From contig OY969561.1 of NCBI GenBank assembly GCA_963701085.1, positions 1 to 64,000 of the forward strand: a stretch of 64,000 nucleotides of DNA, given 5' to 3'. The translations under genes were made by a program, and so were the position numbers. Shown here piece after piece: positions 1 to 12,433 of the stretch. A model generated the notes under the pieces. That model had not been told where the DNA came from. It worked only from the letters and a program-made list of their open reading frames with translations, and searched no databases. Positions within the stretch are counted from its first letter, which is position 1; each line of letters starts with the position of its first letter. The DNA comes from an uncultured bacterium. GTDB lineage: Bacteria > Babelota > Babeliae > Babelales > Vermiphilaceae.

Positions 1-421
1 ATTTTGTTTTTGATAGAGGAATGCATACTGAAGTCAATGGTAATAGTATGTTTTCGTATATATATTTACAGCGTGAGCAAGGGAAATCCTAGTTATGTAT
101 TTAAACATACAAGAGTGGTAGAATGTACGAAGGATAAAGAAGTTAACAGAAATAGGTACTCTTGGATCGCTTGAAAAGGCACATAGACTGTCAGGTAGAT
201 ATCCGTCGGTTCCAGATGCACCATCATTGGAGCCACTTAATAGATTTGAAAAATTTGCACGAATGAACAATGCTATATGTTGTGCTGATGTTGAACAAAA
301 ATTAAATTATTTTGATAAGCCAGAAGATATTGGCGCAATAGTTTATGGTACACAAGATGTAAAAGATTGTGCTTTGGTTAAAGAATATTTAAAGCAACAA
401 ACACTTGCTGAAGAAAAATAA
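1..421 (+). CDS. 3' part of a hypothetical protein, apparently broken by frameshifts and entering from the left edge
   Basis: Open segments run successively in frames 3, 1 and 2 and end at 421 before a terminator; no family recognised. Confidence 0.4.
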
Positions 422-455
422 AAATAAATGTACTGAAAAACAACAATTGTTTAAA

Positions 456-487
456 AAAAACCTCATGCGTAAAAACATGAGGTTTTT
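456..487. terminator. Bidirectional intrinsic terminator
   Basis: AAAAACCTCATG-loop-CATGAGGTTTTT between convergent genes. Confidence 0.8.
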
Positions 488-491
488 ATGT

Positions 492-1923
492 TCAGAATGT
501 TGCTGATAATTTTACCCATACTTTCCAGAGTTGCAGTAATGATGTTTCGAATGGAACATCAACAGATCCGCCTACACCTAAGATGGTATCAATGGAATTT
601 CCTTTATGCATCCATCCAAGACTCATGAGAGCGCGTTGCGCAAATCCGCCATTACTTTCCCCTGATTCTCGATCAAGATCAAATCTTGTTATTGGTACAA
701 AATCAAGATCGTCCGGTGCTTGGAAGGCGATAGTACTTTTACTTGCTGTTTTGCCCGAGCGCTACCCGCAATACCAAAAACGTGCGTAAATGTTGTATTA
801 AGATTAGTGCGTTCAGTACCATGTCCCCAAATACCATAACCAATTTCAGCTTCTACACATTGTGTTGCTAAACGCAATCCGAGTGCAAAATCAACAACGT
901 TGAATAGTTTTGCGTAAATTTTTTGTGTCATAAAATTAACACCAGGTAGATTGGAGATTGATGAAATATCAGTTGGCGGAATTGTGTTTGGTTGGTTCAT
1001 CATAGAAACCGGCTCCATGGTTTATCAAATAAATCATAGGTACGGAACTGTTTATTTCTAATGAGAATGACTGATTCAAGATCAAAAATGCACAAAAAGC
1101 ATAGCTACTGGTATCACGATTAAGCGGCGCTGCATATTGATTCCGGCACCAATTCCTAGATGATGATTGTTACCATTAACGGCTTCAAACATTGTGTGAC
1201 CATTTTGTTTGTTGCCGTTGGTATTGCAAGTATTGAGTAGTAGTTGAGTTGGAAATATTCTTCCGATATGTATGATGTGCCAATTTTTATGCGTAGTTCC
1301 GCTACACCAACTTTCTTTTTTGTATCATTTGTTATACGGCTGAAACACCATGACGGCTGATTAAACGCTTGTAATATATCTTCTGGAAACGTTGTGCCGG
1401 GGTTGGTAACATCAGTTTGTCTGAGATTGATGTGATTGTGTGTTTCAGAAGCGGTCAGTAACATTGTAATATACATATCACGCAGCACTGCAACATTGGT
1501 CCAGTTTTTTAAATCTTGATGGTATTCAAGCTGGCAGCCAGCTTGTTTTTGTTTTGGGTTGACTGAGAGTATGCCCGTAAAATTATCTGGCAGTCCTACC
1601 CATTCAGCACGTATATCTCTGTTGATAAGATCTTCTGGGGAAGTTTTATCACCCGCAACAAGGAGCTCTGTTTTGCCTTTCATAAGAAAGTAACGAGCAT
1701 TTTTTTCAAGAGACATTGATTGTTGGAAAAAAGGAATGAGTTGAATGCCGCCTTTAATTGAGCCTTTTTTATTATACGCAATGTTATGCCAGAGCGCTTG
1801 TTCCATGACAACATCATAAAATGCCGGCTTGGTATACATAAAAGAATGCGCATAGACTTTGCGATCATAGGATTGTACTGGGACAAAAAAAACAATGGAA
1901 AGCAGCGCGAGATATTTTTTCAT
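492..1923 (-). CDS. Secreted, probable outer-membrane beta-barrel protein split by several frameshifts (ORFs 1156-1923, 689-1018 and a C-terminal segment ending at 492)
   Basis: Signal peptide MKKYLALLSIVFFVPVQS; hand-translated C-terminus ...LLQLWKVWVKLSATF* has alternating hydrophobic residues and a terminal Phe; collinear fragments. Confidence 0.6.
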
Positions 1924-1973
1924 TCAAGAGATCCTTTTTTTTGCTTCTAGCTTAGGATAGGATTAGCATAAAT

Positions 1974-2894
1974 TCAAGAGGATAACAAAGATATGCTTGT
2001 TTTGAGATCGATATTATCATACACAATACCGGCAATTGCATTGGTAAGTGCAATACTTTCTGTGAGAGAGCGTTGAAAAATATTTCTTCCTGTTGCTGTG
2101 CCTGCAGTATCACCATTATGAATTTGATCATACAGTTGTGTAAGGTATGCTTGTGATTCAACCATTGCACCGCCAGAACAAACAATTTTGGTGTTTCCTG
2201 CAGCTGCGCATGCAATTTTAAGACTTGCAGATGATGATAGTATTTCTGTTCTTGCAGGGGACTTTATTTTTGCAAAATCAGCACCGAGTGATAATGCAAC
2301 ACCAGCCGCACCTGCAATAAGATGAGGATTTGTTTCCGCTTCAATTGCTTTTCCGCGTGGATACATCCAAACAATTGTCACAAGACCTTCACTATGTGCG
2401 TGTGTAATGGTACGTGCTGCTTGTGCAAGATGTTCAGCTTCATATTCACTGCCAAGGTAGACCGTAATACCAACGCCGGCGATCATGACTTTATTGTTAT
2501 TATGGTGAAAATTTATGACATCATCAACTGTCCACAACAATGCACTTTTTGGGTCTTGTTGTTTTGTTGGAATAAGATGAGTGGTACCGTTAAGTTTTGC
2601 AATATAGTGTACGTTAGTATATTGCTTGGCATAGCGTGCAAGAAGGCCAAGGTGTGTTGCCATTGCGCCAATATTGCCTTGAGATGCAATGCGAAAAAGG
2701 TGCTCAGGGTGAAGAGCTTGTGCATTAATTGTTGGACCATAAAAATCCTCATTAAGATGTTCTATTTTTTGATCGCATGAAAATAAAAAGAGACGGCCGG
2801 TTTGGCGTGTGATTGCATTATAATTTTTTATAAAGGTGTCATGTTTTTTTTCTGGAACATCCGCCGGAACAAAGCAATGATTTTTATTGTACAT
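1974..2894 (-). CDS. Class I (DhnA/FbaB-type) fructose-bisphosphate aldolase
   Basis: DQKIEH, VYLGSEYE, WMYPRG, LGADFAKI (Schiff-base Lys), SGG and GRNIFQ motifs. Confidence 0.9.
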   Translation of the reverse strand: MYNKNHCFVPADVPEKKHDTFIKNYNAITRQTGRLFLFSCDQKIEHLNEDFYGPTINAQALHPEHLFRIASQGNIGAMATHLGLLARYAKQYTNVHYIAKLNGTTHLIPTKQQDPKSALLWTVDDVINFHHNNNKVMIAGVGITVYLGSEYEAEHLAQAARTITHAHSEGLVTIVWMYPRGKAIEAETNPHLIAGAAGVALSLGADFAKIKSPARTEILSSSASLKIACAAAGNTKIVCSGGAMVESQAYLTQLYDQIHNGDTAGTATGRNIFQRSLTESIALTNAIAGIVYDNIDLKTSISLLSS

Positions 2895-2927
2895 GTACTT
2901 ATTCTCCTAAGAAATAATTTTATCCTG

Positions 2928-4569
2928 TTAAGAGATTATTTTATCATGAATAAGCATACGTTCAGCAACTGATTCAAACAAGGGTACGGATACTGTTGCG
3001 GCATAAATGTTTTTTTGCTGCGCTTCTTTCACAAAAGTTACAATCACTCGTTGATAATCATCTTTTTCCACAATGCCTGCACAGGAGTAGATATTTTTTT
3101 CTGTATCATATTTGCCATCAATGAGCATGTTTGCGGTACCTGTTTTACTCATGACGCGATATCCCTTTATTGCAGCTCTGCGCGCGGTACCGTAGAGAGT
3201 TGTTTTTTCTAATATTTCTTTGATGGTAGTGAGGGACTTCATCTGAGTAGAGTTGTTTACCCCTTTGTGTAGCCTGCCCTTCGAAGCCTTGGCGAAGTAG
3301 GGGCGTCACCTTGTATCCCGTTGCAATTGTACAAAATGCGCAGGCAAGTTGGAGTAATGTTGCAGAAACTTCATATCCATAAGAAAGTGAAATAATTGGA
3401 TTGTTTTGACCAATTTTCAGGAGGGTTAAGGAACCCTGTATTTTCCCCGGGAATTTAATACCTGTTTTGCTGCCAAATCCTAATTGTTTGTAATGATCAT
3501 ACAATTTTGTATCCAATCGTTTTGCAACAATGGCGATGCCAATATTATTTGATAATGCAATAACATCAGTGAATGGAATGGTGCCATGTGCTTGAACCGT
3601 GTTGATAATGCGTCCATCTATGTGCGTAGTGAGACTATTTTTGCAATCAATCAGTTCATCAGGGGTTACTACATCTTCTTCAAGTGCGGCAAGTGCAGCG
3701 CACACTTTCATCACTGAGCCAAGTTCATGAGCATCGGTGATAATTCTGTTTTTAAAGTTTTCACTGCTTGCAGAGTGAGCATTGTTAGGATCAAAATAGG
3801 GGTAAGAAAGCATTGCAATAATTTCACCGTTCTTTGGGTTCATGATAATCACCGCAGCTTCTTTTGCATTAAACTTTTCTACTGTTTGTTGCACGGCTTC
3901 TTGTACTAAGAATTGTAAATCAGCATCGATCGTTAGTTGGAGTGGGTGACCGATATCACCTTGTACGGTTGTTTCTTTTTTGAAATAGTAGTATCCAGAG
4001 CGTGCATCTTTTTCTAAGTGACACGTAGTTGGTTTTCCTGCAAGGGTGTGATTATACAGTAATTCAACACCGAGCAGTCCCTTGTTATCAATGCTCGTTA
4101 GCCCAATCAGTGGGCTTGCTGCCTTGAGGGGGTAGTAGCGTCCCGGTTCAGAGAGTAGGAAAATATCAGGATTTTTTTCTGCGTTAATTATTTCAATTTC
4201 TTGGGGTGATAATCTCCGCTTGATGAACATAAAATGTTTATCTTTATTCTGTTCAAAACGCTTGATAGTTTGTGGAAAATGCTTTTTCAAAAATTTGAGT
4301 GTGCGTTTTTTATCAGCCATCTGTGTTGGTAAAATGAAGGCAGCGATATAATCTTTGTTCATTGCAAGATAGTTACGGCCTGTTCTATCAAAAATTGGCC
4401 CACGCAGTGGTGTTTGTGTGATAGTTACATGATACTGTTGCTCAGCTAATTTTTTATAGAAATCATGCTGTTTTATTTGAATTACGTATAAATTAATACC
4501 AACTAATGCGTACAGTGTGGTGAAGAAAAAGAAAATGATTGTTGAGCGGAGTCTAAAGCTTTGTATCAT
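2928..4569 (-). CDS. ftsI: Class B penicillin-binding protein (FtsI/PBP3-like), frameshifted near 3242 with a compensated pair near 3400-3450
   Basis: N-terminal TM; RGPIFDR, RYYP and GLLGVE motifs; SVMK (SxxK), SNN (SxN), and KTG in the 2928-3242 fragment; follows an FtsL-like gene. Confidence 0.85.
3270..3305 (-). repeat. Structured palindromic repeat (family A) inside the ftsI coding sequence
   Basis: Minus strand CCCTAC-TTC-GCC-AA-GGC-TTC-GAAGGGCAGGC, translated as PLLRQGFEGQA; nearly the same as the tRNA-flanking copies. Confidence 0.8.
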
Positions 4570-4832
4570 GTTGGCAGCTTTTTAACTTGGTTTAAGGCAT
4601 AAGGACGCATTTTTAGTTTATCTTGAGCATATTTTTTAATGCTGTCGCGGTCTTTGAGTGCATAGAGCTCTTGCGTCAGTGTCTGCTTTTTTTCCGTAAG
4701 AGCTGCTATCTTTTTTTCACATTGTTGTTGATGGTAACTGTTTTTGATGAACAGCGTATGTTTATGTACCTGTAAGAAGATCAGTATAATGTGGGTAGTG
4801 ATGACGATGGTGATAAATGAGTTTTTTTTCAT
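4566..4832 (-). CDS. Cell division protein FtsL-like
   Basis: Short N-terminus, one TM segment, coiled coil, IKKYAQDKLKM; overlaps the ftsI start. Confidence 0.6.
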   Translation of the reverse strand: MKKNSFITIVITTHIILIFLQVHKHTLFIKNSYHQQQCEKKIAALTEKKQTLTQELYALKDRDSIKKYAQDKLKMRPYALNQVKKLPT

Positions 4833-4833
4833 G

Positions 4834-5309
4834 TTACCCATTCACAAGCGAATAAATGCAGATATGAGTCATGATGTAGCTATCAAGATTGTCAGCCAGA
4901 TTTTTTAGATAATTATCAGCATCTACTTTTTTATGATATTTGTTTGGGACCATGAAATCATCATTTTCTGGCAATTTCAGAAGGCGTTTTCCACGTTCAA
5001 AATTGTTTTGAAACAACGCAGATGCTTTTTCTAATCTTTCTATTCTGCGCAGCAGCTGTTTGTATTGATTGAGAGACTTCTGATAGTGTGTTTCCTCGTA
5101 TGATATTACATCAGCAGTTGTGCCGCTACACGAAGATAATAGAGATAGTGTTTTTTTTGTCTTCCCCGTTCTCGCATAAGGTATTGTGTATACTTATCTT
5201 TCGCTTGGGTTACTGTTGTACATTGCCTATGTGCTTTAATAGTTGTTTGTAGAATGAGTCGATCAAGACGATCCAGATTTGTTTGAATAGATTCTTCGAC
5301 TGTTTCCAT
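4834..5309 (-). CDS. Hypothetical protein, one gene split by a frameshift near 5110-5150
   Basis: ORF 5106-5309 continues in another frame (ADVISYEETHYQKSLNQYKQLLRRIERLEKASALFQNN) into ORF 4834-5016. Confidence 0.5.
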
Positions 5310-5467
5310 GGCAGTTATTTGAGTTTATATAAATTATTCTTTATGTAGCTTAAACAGATAGAGGGACAAGAGTCAATTGTTTAAAAAAATAAAAAAGCTG
5401 TAACAAAGAGAGCGCAATAGATTGAAGCTTCAAAAAATCACAAGCTGTGAAATTTTAATGCAATAAT

Positions 5468-5869
5468 CTACTGAACAGATTCTATCAATTCAGTAAGGCG
5501 TGTTTTAATAGCGTTAGCTTCAACCTTTTTGCTCGTATTACGTGTGTTATGCGTTTGCTGCTCAAGCTTGCCAAGATAAATTTTTAATTGGTGAATAGAA
5601 TACAGCACATAATGCCGTGCCTCATTAAATTCTTGGCTTGTATCGCAGTCGCCAGCTTGCAGGCATTGTGCTCGTGTAGTAATAAAATATTGTTCGTGTT
5701 TTTCCGCTTGAATAAATAGAGGTTGTCTTTCTTGTGCCTCTTGTTCTGTGTATTGAGGTTTTAAATTCTCTTGCGTTTTAGAGATAATAAGTCCGACAGA
5801 TAATGCATCGCCGTATGCACAATAAGTAACAAATAATAAAGAAACACATACTATTTTTTTGATAAACAT
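5468..5869 (-). CDS. Secreted hypothetical protein
   Basis: Signal peptide; GGGGA RBS; 133 aa. Confidence 0.7.
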   Translation of the reverse strand: MFIKKIVCVSLLFVTYCAYGDALSVGLIISKTQENLKPQYTEQEAQERQPLFIQAEKHEQYFITTRAQCLQAGDCDTSQEFNEARHYVLYSIHQLKIYLGKLEQQTHNTRNTSKKVEANAIKTRLTELIESVQ

Positions 5870-5930
5870 CAGTAATCCCCCTTTTTTGGATTTGACTTAA
5901 AATGAGGTTACTGCAACGGTGTGGCAAGAA

Positions 5931-6884
5931 TCAATACATACATTTTTTTGAGGGAATGGGTATTATTTGGAGATTGAGTTTTTTCATCATTTTTTCGTTG
6001 TATATGTAATCGAATAAGCACTGATCAAGACCGAGTTCAATAACGGTGATTGGTGCAATATATCCCTTAACTCTGGCGAGAAATTGACGTCTTTCTTCAC
6101 TTGCTTTGCAAAAATTGAAGTACGCATTGGTTGCTTTTGCGGCATATTTGTACCGTTTGAGTTCTGCCAATGAAGAAGGGGTATTATATTTTTTATGATC
6201 TATATCTGCTTGTTGATAGAGTTGATATGCTTTGGTTTTTGTAACAGCAAGCCATGCAGCTTCCTTATTTTCTTGGACTTTTTGAGCAAATTTAAGTTCT
6301 CCCATTTTCCAATTATAGAGTGCAGATGAACTACATGTTGCTTTTTGTGCATGAAAGCAATTTTGAGACTTTGCAATATTTTCAACTACATGCATTTCCT
6401 GTGCCGTGGAAGGTTTAAACTCTTGCCACTCTTTTGTGTTGAATAATTCATCTTTACATATATTAACTATATATAATGTGTCAGCGGTATTGTATTGTTC
6501 GTGAGCTGCTTTTGCTGCTTGATATTGTATGTATTCTGGAGTTTTTATCACGGCGAGATTTTTTGTGATTACATTGCCAACAACATCGTTTATCTCTGTC
6601 TTTTGTTGTTTTACCGTTTGAATAAATAATTGTGATTCTTTTGTTTCTAAAAGTTTGCCGGCAGCCTCTTCCAGTGATGCAGATGTTTCTTGTGTGTTGA
6701 ACTGTTCATGCAGTTTTTTTGCTTTTTCATAGTTTTGGAATTGTGGTGTTTGTAAAAAATCACCATATTTTTCTTCCATATTTAAGAATGATCTTTCTGC
6801 AGGTGAGCATGAGTCTTCCATTGCATGCATACTTGCTGTGTTCGTTACAAGAATAAGTAAAAGCAGTCGTGTTATTGCGTGCAT
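5931..6884 (-). CDS. Secreted helical-repeat hypothetical protein
   Basis: Signal peptide ending HA-ME; three internal repeats like TPxYxxYxxAKxxHEQxNT...L..TKE. Confidence 0.75.
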   Translation of the reverse strand: MHAITRLLLLILVTNTASMHAMEDSCSPAERSFLNMEEKYGDFLQTPQFQNYEKAKKLHEQFNTQETSASLEEAAGKLLETKESQLFIQTVKQQKTEINDVVGNVITKNLAVIKTPEYIQYQAAKAAHEQYNTADTLYIVNICKDELFNTKEWQEFKPSTAQEMHVVENIAKSQNCFHAQKATCSSSALYNWKMGELKFAQKVQENKEAAWLAVTKTKAYQLYQQADIDHKKYNTPSSLAELKRYKYAAKATNAYFNFCKASEERRQFLARVKGYIAPITVIELGLDQCLFDYIYNEKMMKKLNLQIIPIPSKKCMY

Positions 6885-7195
6885 AACAATCCTGCTGATT
6901 TTTTAAAATTGTCAGCAACGATTGCTGCTTGCATCCATGCTTGAAATTCTTTAGTTTTAGTTACATCGTTGTATGCTTTTTCGACCAAAAGAGATGTTTC
7001 TGGAGAGTTATTTGTTTGGTGAAGTATTGTTGCTTGTTTCCACTGTGTGCATTCTGTGGTTTGGGCAAAGGCTTTCGCTTTATTTTCCCTATCTTTAATA
7101 ACAGCACACAAATTTATTGGTTTTTCGCACGCATGTATACGTGTTGTGCTTGTGACAAGAACAAGTAAAAGAGCAGAGGTGTTTTTTATGTTCAT
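6872..7195 (-). CDS. Secreted hypothetical protein with a single copy of the neighbour's repeat
   Basis: Signal peptide; TTECTQWKQATILHQTNNS...VTKTKEFQAW resembles the repeat unit of 5931-6884. Confidence 0.7.
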   Translation of the reverse strand: MNIKNTSALLLVLVTSTTRIHACEKPINLCAVIKDRENKAKAFAQTTECTQWKQATILHQTNNSPETSLLVEKAYNDVTKTKEFQAWMQAAIVADNFKKSAGLLCTQ

Positions 7196-7254
7196 GAGAT
7201 TCCTTGAGTAATTGTTGTGCGTTTTTTATCAATTATATGACATATTTGTGTTTC

Positions 7255-9871
7255 TTACCAATCATATGACATACCAAAATGTATCTCAGAAGCAGATTCA
7301 CTTTGGCTAGGATTTAGTTTGTTTTTGCGTGGATCAATTTTAAAGCCCCAATCGATGTTGACTGGCATTGGTTGCAATAATCTAATACCAATACCAACTG
7401 CTTGACGATAATCAAAATTGTTACTCGTAACAAAAGGCTTATCTGCTGCGGTGACGTAAGGGTTATTAAAACCGGTTCCACCATCATAGAATACAACGGC
7501 TTTCATATTCATATCGGCAGTTATTGGTGCAACAAGTTCAGCGTTCCAGAAGAATGCTCGTGAGCCACCAATAGTATCTCCTTCAAATTGTGGCCCTATT
7601 TGTCCAAACAGAAAACCACGAACGGTTGTTTGACCACCAATATGGTAAAGATCGCCAAAGGGAACAATTCTATTTTTGAATGCAGTTGTTATGCCAAAAT
7701 AGCCATGTAGTCTCAGGATAAGATCATATTCGGCAATGAGTGGTGTAAACCAGCTGGCATCAAGCTCTACTTTGTAGTAACCAATATTGTTGCCAAAACT
7801 TGGGAATGCAAATTTTGTTGCGAATTTCCACTTGTGTCCATACATGGTGTGAACGGGATGGTTACGCGTATCTTGCTCCATTTTGGTTGCTATAAATGCA
7901 AAAGTTCCTGGTGTAAATTCTTTTGTTAAAATTTGCTGATACTGTTCTCTTTCCACTGGGTTTGCAAAGAGTGCTTTTGGAGGATTTGCATCATATTTAA
8001 GATCCTCAACACCTGTACTGAAGAGAATGTTAATATCATGGAAAAGATGATTTCTTGATTGCGTAATGCAGCCAAGCGTGACCGATCCACCGGTAAATTT
8101 TTGGTGAATTGTTTTGACGTGTCTCAATTCGTCATAGACTGGACGTCGGTGGTAAATATCAAACGCGCCCATGATCGGCTTATCAAAGAGCCATGGCTGT
8201 GCAACATGGAGCATTGCTGTTTGTTCATCCTTTGCATACGTAGCACTTAAGTTCAAGTGAACACCGCTACCAAAAAGATTGGTGTCAGAGAGCTCAGTTT
8301 TGACTGAAACACCTGAAATAGCGGATCGCCAATCAGCACCACCTGCACCACCAAATCCAAGTTGTGCACCAAAGTGACCTGTTTTTGTCTCTTTTACGAT
8401 AAGGTCAAGATCAGCTTCTTCTTTGCTCAGGCGTTTGATTTTCCAGTTAACACCTTCACGGGGATCAAAATAACCAAGAGAGGCAACATTACGCTTTGAG
8501 ACATTCATTCTATTTTGCGTAATAAGTTCACCTTCATCAAGAATGATCTTACGACGAATAATTTTGTCACGTGTTTTGTTGTTGCCGCGAATATTAATTT
8601 TGTTCAAATATACTTGATCACCAAGTTCAGAAAAGAAAGAAAGTGACACAGTTTTTGTGTCTTCATTTGGTTGTATTGATGGTTCAATGTGTGCAAAAAT
8701 ATAACCGTAATCACCCCAAATAAGCTCGAGCCGTTTTATTGAGTTGCTAATAGCTTCTCGTGAATAATACATGCCAGGACGGATTGGTAGCATGGCAAGA
8801 AGGTATTGTTCAGAAACATTATCAGTGCCGGGAGCGCTAATTTTATCAATGACATAACGGTCCCCTTCTTCTATTTCAAAGGTAAGGATAATATTTTGTG
8901 TTTCTGGATCTATGTCAACAACAATATCAACAACTTTGGCATGTAAAAATCCGCTATTTTGATAATATTGTTCGATAAAATGTTTATCCCCTTCAAGACG
9001 ATCAGGATGATAATTTCCTGATTTGTCTAAGAAACTTAACAACCAATCTTCTTTGGTGAGGGCAACAGCACGTAAATCTTTGCTGCTGATTGTTTTATTG
9101 CCGATAAAGTGAATTTGCTTCACCGTTGCGGCGATTCCTTCATGAACAGTTAATGTAGCGGTTGCACGATTATTATCATCAAGCGATATCTCTGTTTCTA
9201 TATCCGTTTGGTGATATCCCTTTTCAAGATAAATTTCTTTGATTTTGTTGGCGATTATTTTAAGTTCTTCAGGATCAATTGAGGTGATTTCTTCAAGATT
9301 GATTTTTTTTGCAATATCCTTTTCTGATACTTTTTTATTCCCAACTGTTTTGAGTTCCTTGAGCGGAGATTTTTCCTCAACAATAACATGGAGATTCATA
9401 TAATTGTTATCAACTATCTCACTCATCACTTTTACCGTGCGAAATTTTTTGAGATTGTAATAAAGATTACGAATGAGCGTTCTTGTTTTACGTGGATCAA
9501 ATAGTTCACCAATTTTGTAGGGAACTTGTTTGATGATAGCATCTTTTGATGTAGAGATGTTACCATGCACAAGAATGTTATTAATGCGGCGTGATAGCTT
9601 ATTGATTGTTGTGTTGTTCTTGCTCAATGATATCATCGTCATCATTTTCGGTATCATCATTGCTGATTTCATAATCAGTTTCACTGATTTCATTATAAGG
9701 AGCATGTTTCTCCACGTGTATGAAGAGGTAATAGTGGTATCTGGTGCTTCTTGCCTATCCTCGCTCGTCCTGAGCGTGTCGAAGGAGGAAGGTCGTATGA
9801 TACTACTCAGAAGGAGTAGGTAAGTGCATAGTACAATAATTTCGAGGTCCTTTTTTTACTTTTTGAATCAT
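7255..9871 (-). CDS. bamA: Outer membrane protein assembly factor BamA; true start probably 9871, 5' end disrupted by frameshifts
   Basis: POTRA repeats (GNKTI, YYQNSGF, GNNKTRDKIIRR), VRGF motif, C-terminal FGMSYDW; a signal-like segment upstream of the ORF-track start. Confidence 0.9.
9762..9786 (-). repeat. REP-like repeat (family B) within the bamA 5' coding region
   Basis: CGCTCGTCCTGAGCGTGTCGAAGGA matches the arms at 26608-26681 and the copy at 56122-56147; reads SFDTLRTS on the coding strand. Confidence 0.7.
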
Positions 9872-10136
9872 AGATAATCCCGCTGCCCGACGTTGCTTTT
9901 AATTGACACAATAATTGTGATGAATTAATGAAACATACTACTCATTTTTTAATTTTTTGCTAGGGCAGCTCATAAAAAGATAAGTTTTAAGGAATGCGCA
10001 AACAATGGGTTAGTTTAAGTAAAAAGGTGTACAAAAAAATTGTACACCTTAAGAAACAGCTCTATATGATAAGTATATATGGTGGTGTGGGAGATAGGAG
10101 GTGGCTCAGTCACCTCCTACTATTCGATCAACATTA

Positions 10137-12181
10137 TTACGCTGCCGAAGGCACCACAAAGGTTGGATTTGATAGTGGTATTTTCTTTACCAATTTATCC
10201 AATTTTTTGGCTGATAATACGGCACCAAAATATTCTAATGTTTGAAGTGTCGGATCATTACGCCCATCATAAAAACCAAATACTAAATCACCAGTTACTG
10301 TATCAAGTGCCATTGACTGATAACCACGATTGCCAGAATGACTCGTATTGATTCGAATTGGATCAGACCACGTCATGCCATTATCACGTGAGATAATAAG
10401 GGGTATATTGTAATTTTGAGAATAATTGGGGTTTGGCTCAACAGCAATGGCATAGAGAGCTTGACGTTGTTCATCATAAACAATGCCTAATGTAGTATTA
10501 GCAAAAAAACCAACGAGTGGGTACGATATAGCAATTGGGGAAGGGACCGAGCTAAAAGACGTACCGTACAGACCGCTTATATCATTGGAATTTAAGTAAT
10601 CCCACGATCCACTCCAGTTTTCATCGATAGCGCCAGGTGATTTGAATGAAATTGATTGTGGCTGAATGTAGCTTGATGCTTCAAATGCTCTTGGAAATCC
10701 TTGAAACCATACTCGTCCATCTGAGGCTGCTGCAAGATCCCCTATATCGATGCTATTATTCAGTCCAAATAAATCGGTGAAATTGCTGGTTAAAGGAAAA
10801 TCAGAAGGTGTGAGGGGGCCTGGTATTTGTATAAATCCAATATTGGGGTAGGCATCACCATCATTGAGGAAAACAGTAGTTTGGAACCATAAGCCATAGT
10901 TGCCAAATCCATCACCACCAAAACAATATTGTGGATAATCGGTGCTTCCCAAAGAAGGGTCAATTGCAGGTGCTGTATACGCAAGCGTGAAGGTAACACC
11001 ACCATCGGTGCTCACGGCAAAGTATGGTTGATTGATAAAGTTGCCTGAACCATCAAATCTATTTGTTGCAGAATACCAAATATTACCAAATTTATCTGAG
11101 GATACTCCAAGACAGTCGCCAAATCGAGCAGGATTTCCTGTTGGAGGTACGTCCATTAGTCCATTTATAGGCCATGTTTTACCGCCATCAAATGAAACGG
11201 CACGATAAGGGAGGACGGTTAAGTTTGGCGAATTTGATCGATCGATTTTGCCCCATGAAACTACGATATTATTCGGATTAGCTCTATTAATAGCAACTGA
11301 AGTAGTCCATGCCTGAATACCCTGATTGGTAGGTGTTAGCACGTTGTCTGGGTAGTTGGTTAAATTAATTGGTGCATGCATTTTCAGTTCGCCTTTGACT
11401 GTTTTGCCTATTGCAACCAATGTATTCATGGTTCCGTTATTGAGATGTACATTCATAGAATTATCGGTCCAGCTGAATGCAACAACACCATTGAATGCAT
11501 CGTTGACGTGAGAATCTCTAATGCCATTATTCGCTGCTCTACCGGTAAATTGGGTAATATTTGTGGCACCAGTGCTGATTTTGGTATTTTTGGAGAGCTT
11601 TTTGGTACTACTTTTTGCTAAGTAGGAGATAGAACAAGGCATTAAAATTTGTGGACCTGGTGTAATTATGTTTCCAAAGGTTCCGCTGATTGTATTTGCA
11701 ATTCACCGGCATTAGTCACTTGTACAATGTAACCAGCTGGAGGATTGGGTAATGTTGCTGGATCTTGCGTGAATGAAAATACCGGACTTTGACCATTGTT
11801 AGACGCTGCTACAATTGAAGGCGGAACTAAAACGAACGGCCGATTTTTTCTTGATAAAAAACCATCAGAGGTGTAAAGATATCCTCCAGGAACTAATTCA
11901 GAGCCAAACGGATTATCGGGAGAAGGTGCTGCTTGAATTTGAAAGTTAATGAGTGGTAGTTGTAATGTTACTAATGATTTATTCTCCTCGAGCGACTCTC
12001 GGATTACCTCAAGGGTAACCCAGAATTCACTTCCTACAATAGGAAATCCAAGGGAATCAGCAAGCTGTAATTGAATATTATGTTTTTTTATTTTTGTTTT
12101 TGCCGCGACTTGAGACGTAGTAATCAAACCACCAAAAGTGATAAGGCTTACAAGTACTGAACGATATGTTCCTTTTATCAT
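10137..12181 (-). CDS. Secreted BNR/Asp-box (sialidase-like beta-propeller) protein, frameshifted near 11685
   Basis: Signal peptide in the 11666-12181 part; junction reads GTFGNIITPGPQILMPCS in the downstream frame; Asp-boxes SFDGGKTW, STDGGVTF, SRDNGMTW. Confidence 0.75.
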
Positions 12182-12433
12182 TACAATTCCTTTTGAAAAA
12201 TTTTCATCTTTTTTGTGATATGTAAGCTGAGATGTATACTTTGTGATATTAGTTATTGGTACCGCCTAAAAAAAATTATTTTTTTTTAAATAGTTATTTC
12301 TTTTAGGGAGTATATAAAGAGTTCGCGATTGATTTCAAAGAAATAATAAGGTGGCTTTATACGTGTAATTAAAAAATGGTAAAAATGTGGTACGATAAGG
12401 AAAAGTGACTAAAAAACTAAAAGAGAATCTGTT

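Noticed and set aside
2928-4569. ftsI as a true pseudogene or programmed frameshift
   Set aside because: All catalytic motifs are intact across the fragments and the region is rich in apparent indel errors.
1-12181. Alternative genetic code explaining the broken ORFs
   Set aside because: The breaks are frame changes, not in-frame stops, and TAA, TAG and TGA all terminate intact genes elsewhere.
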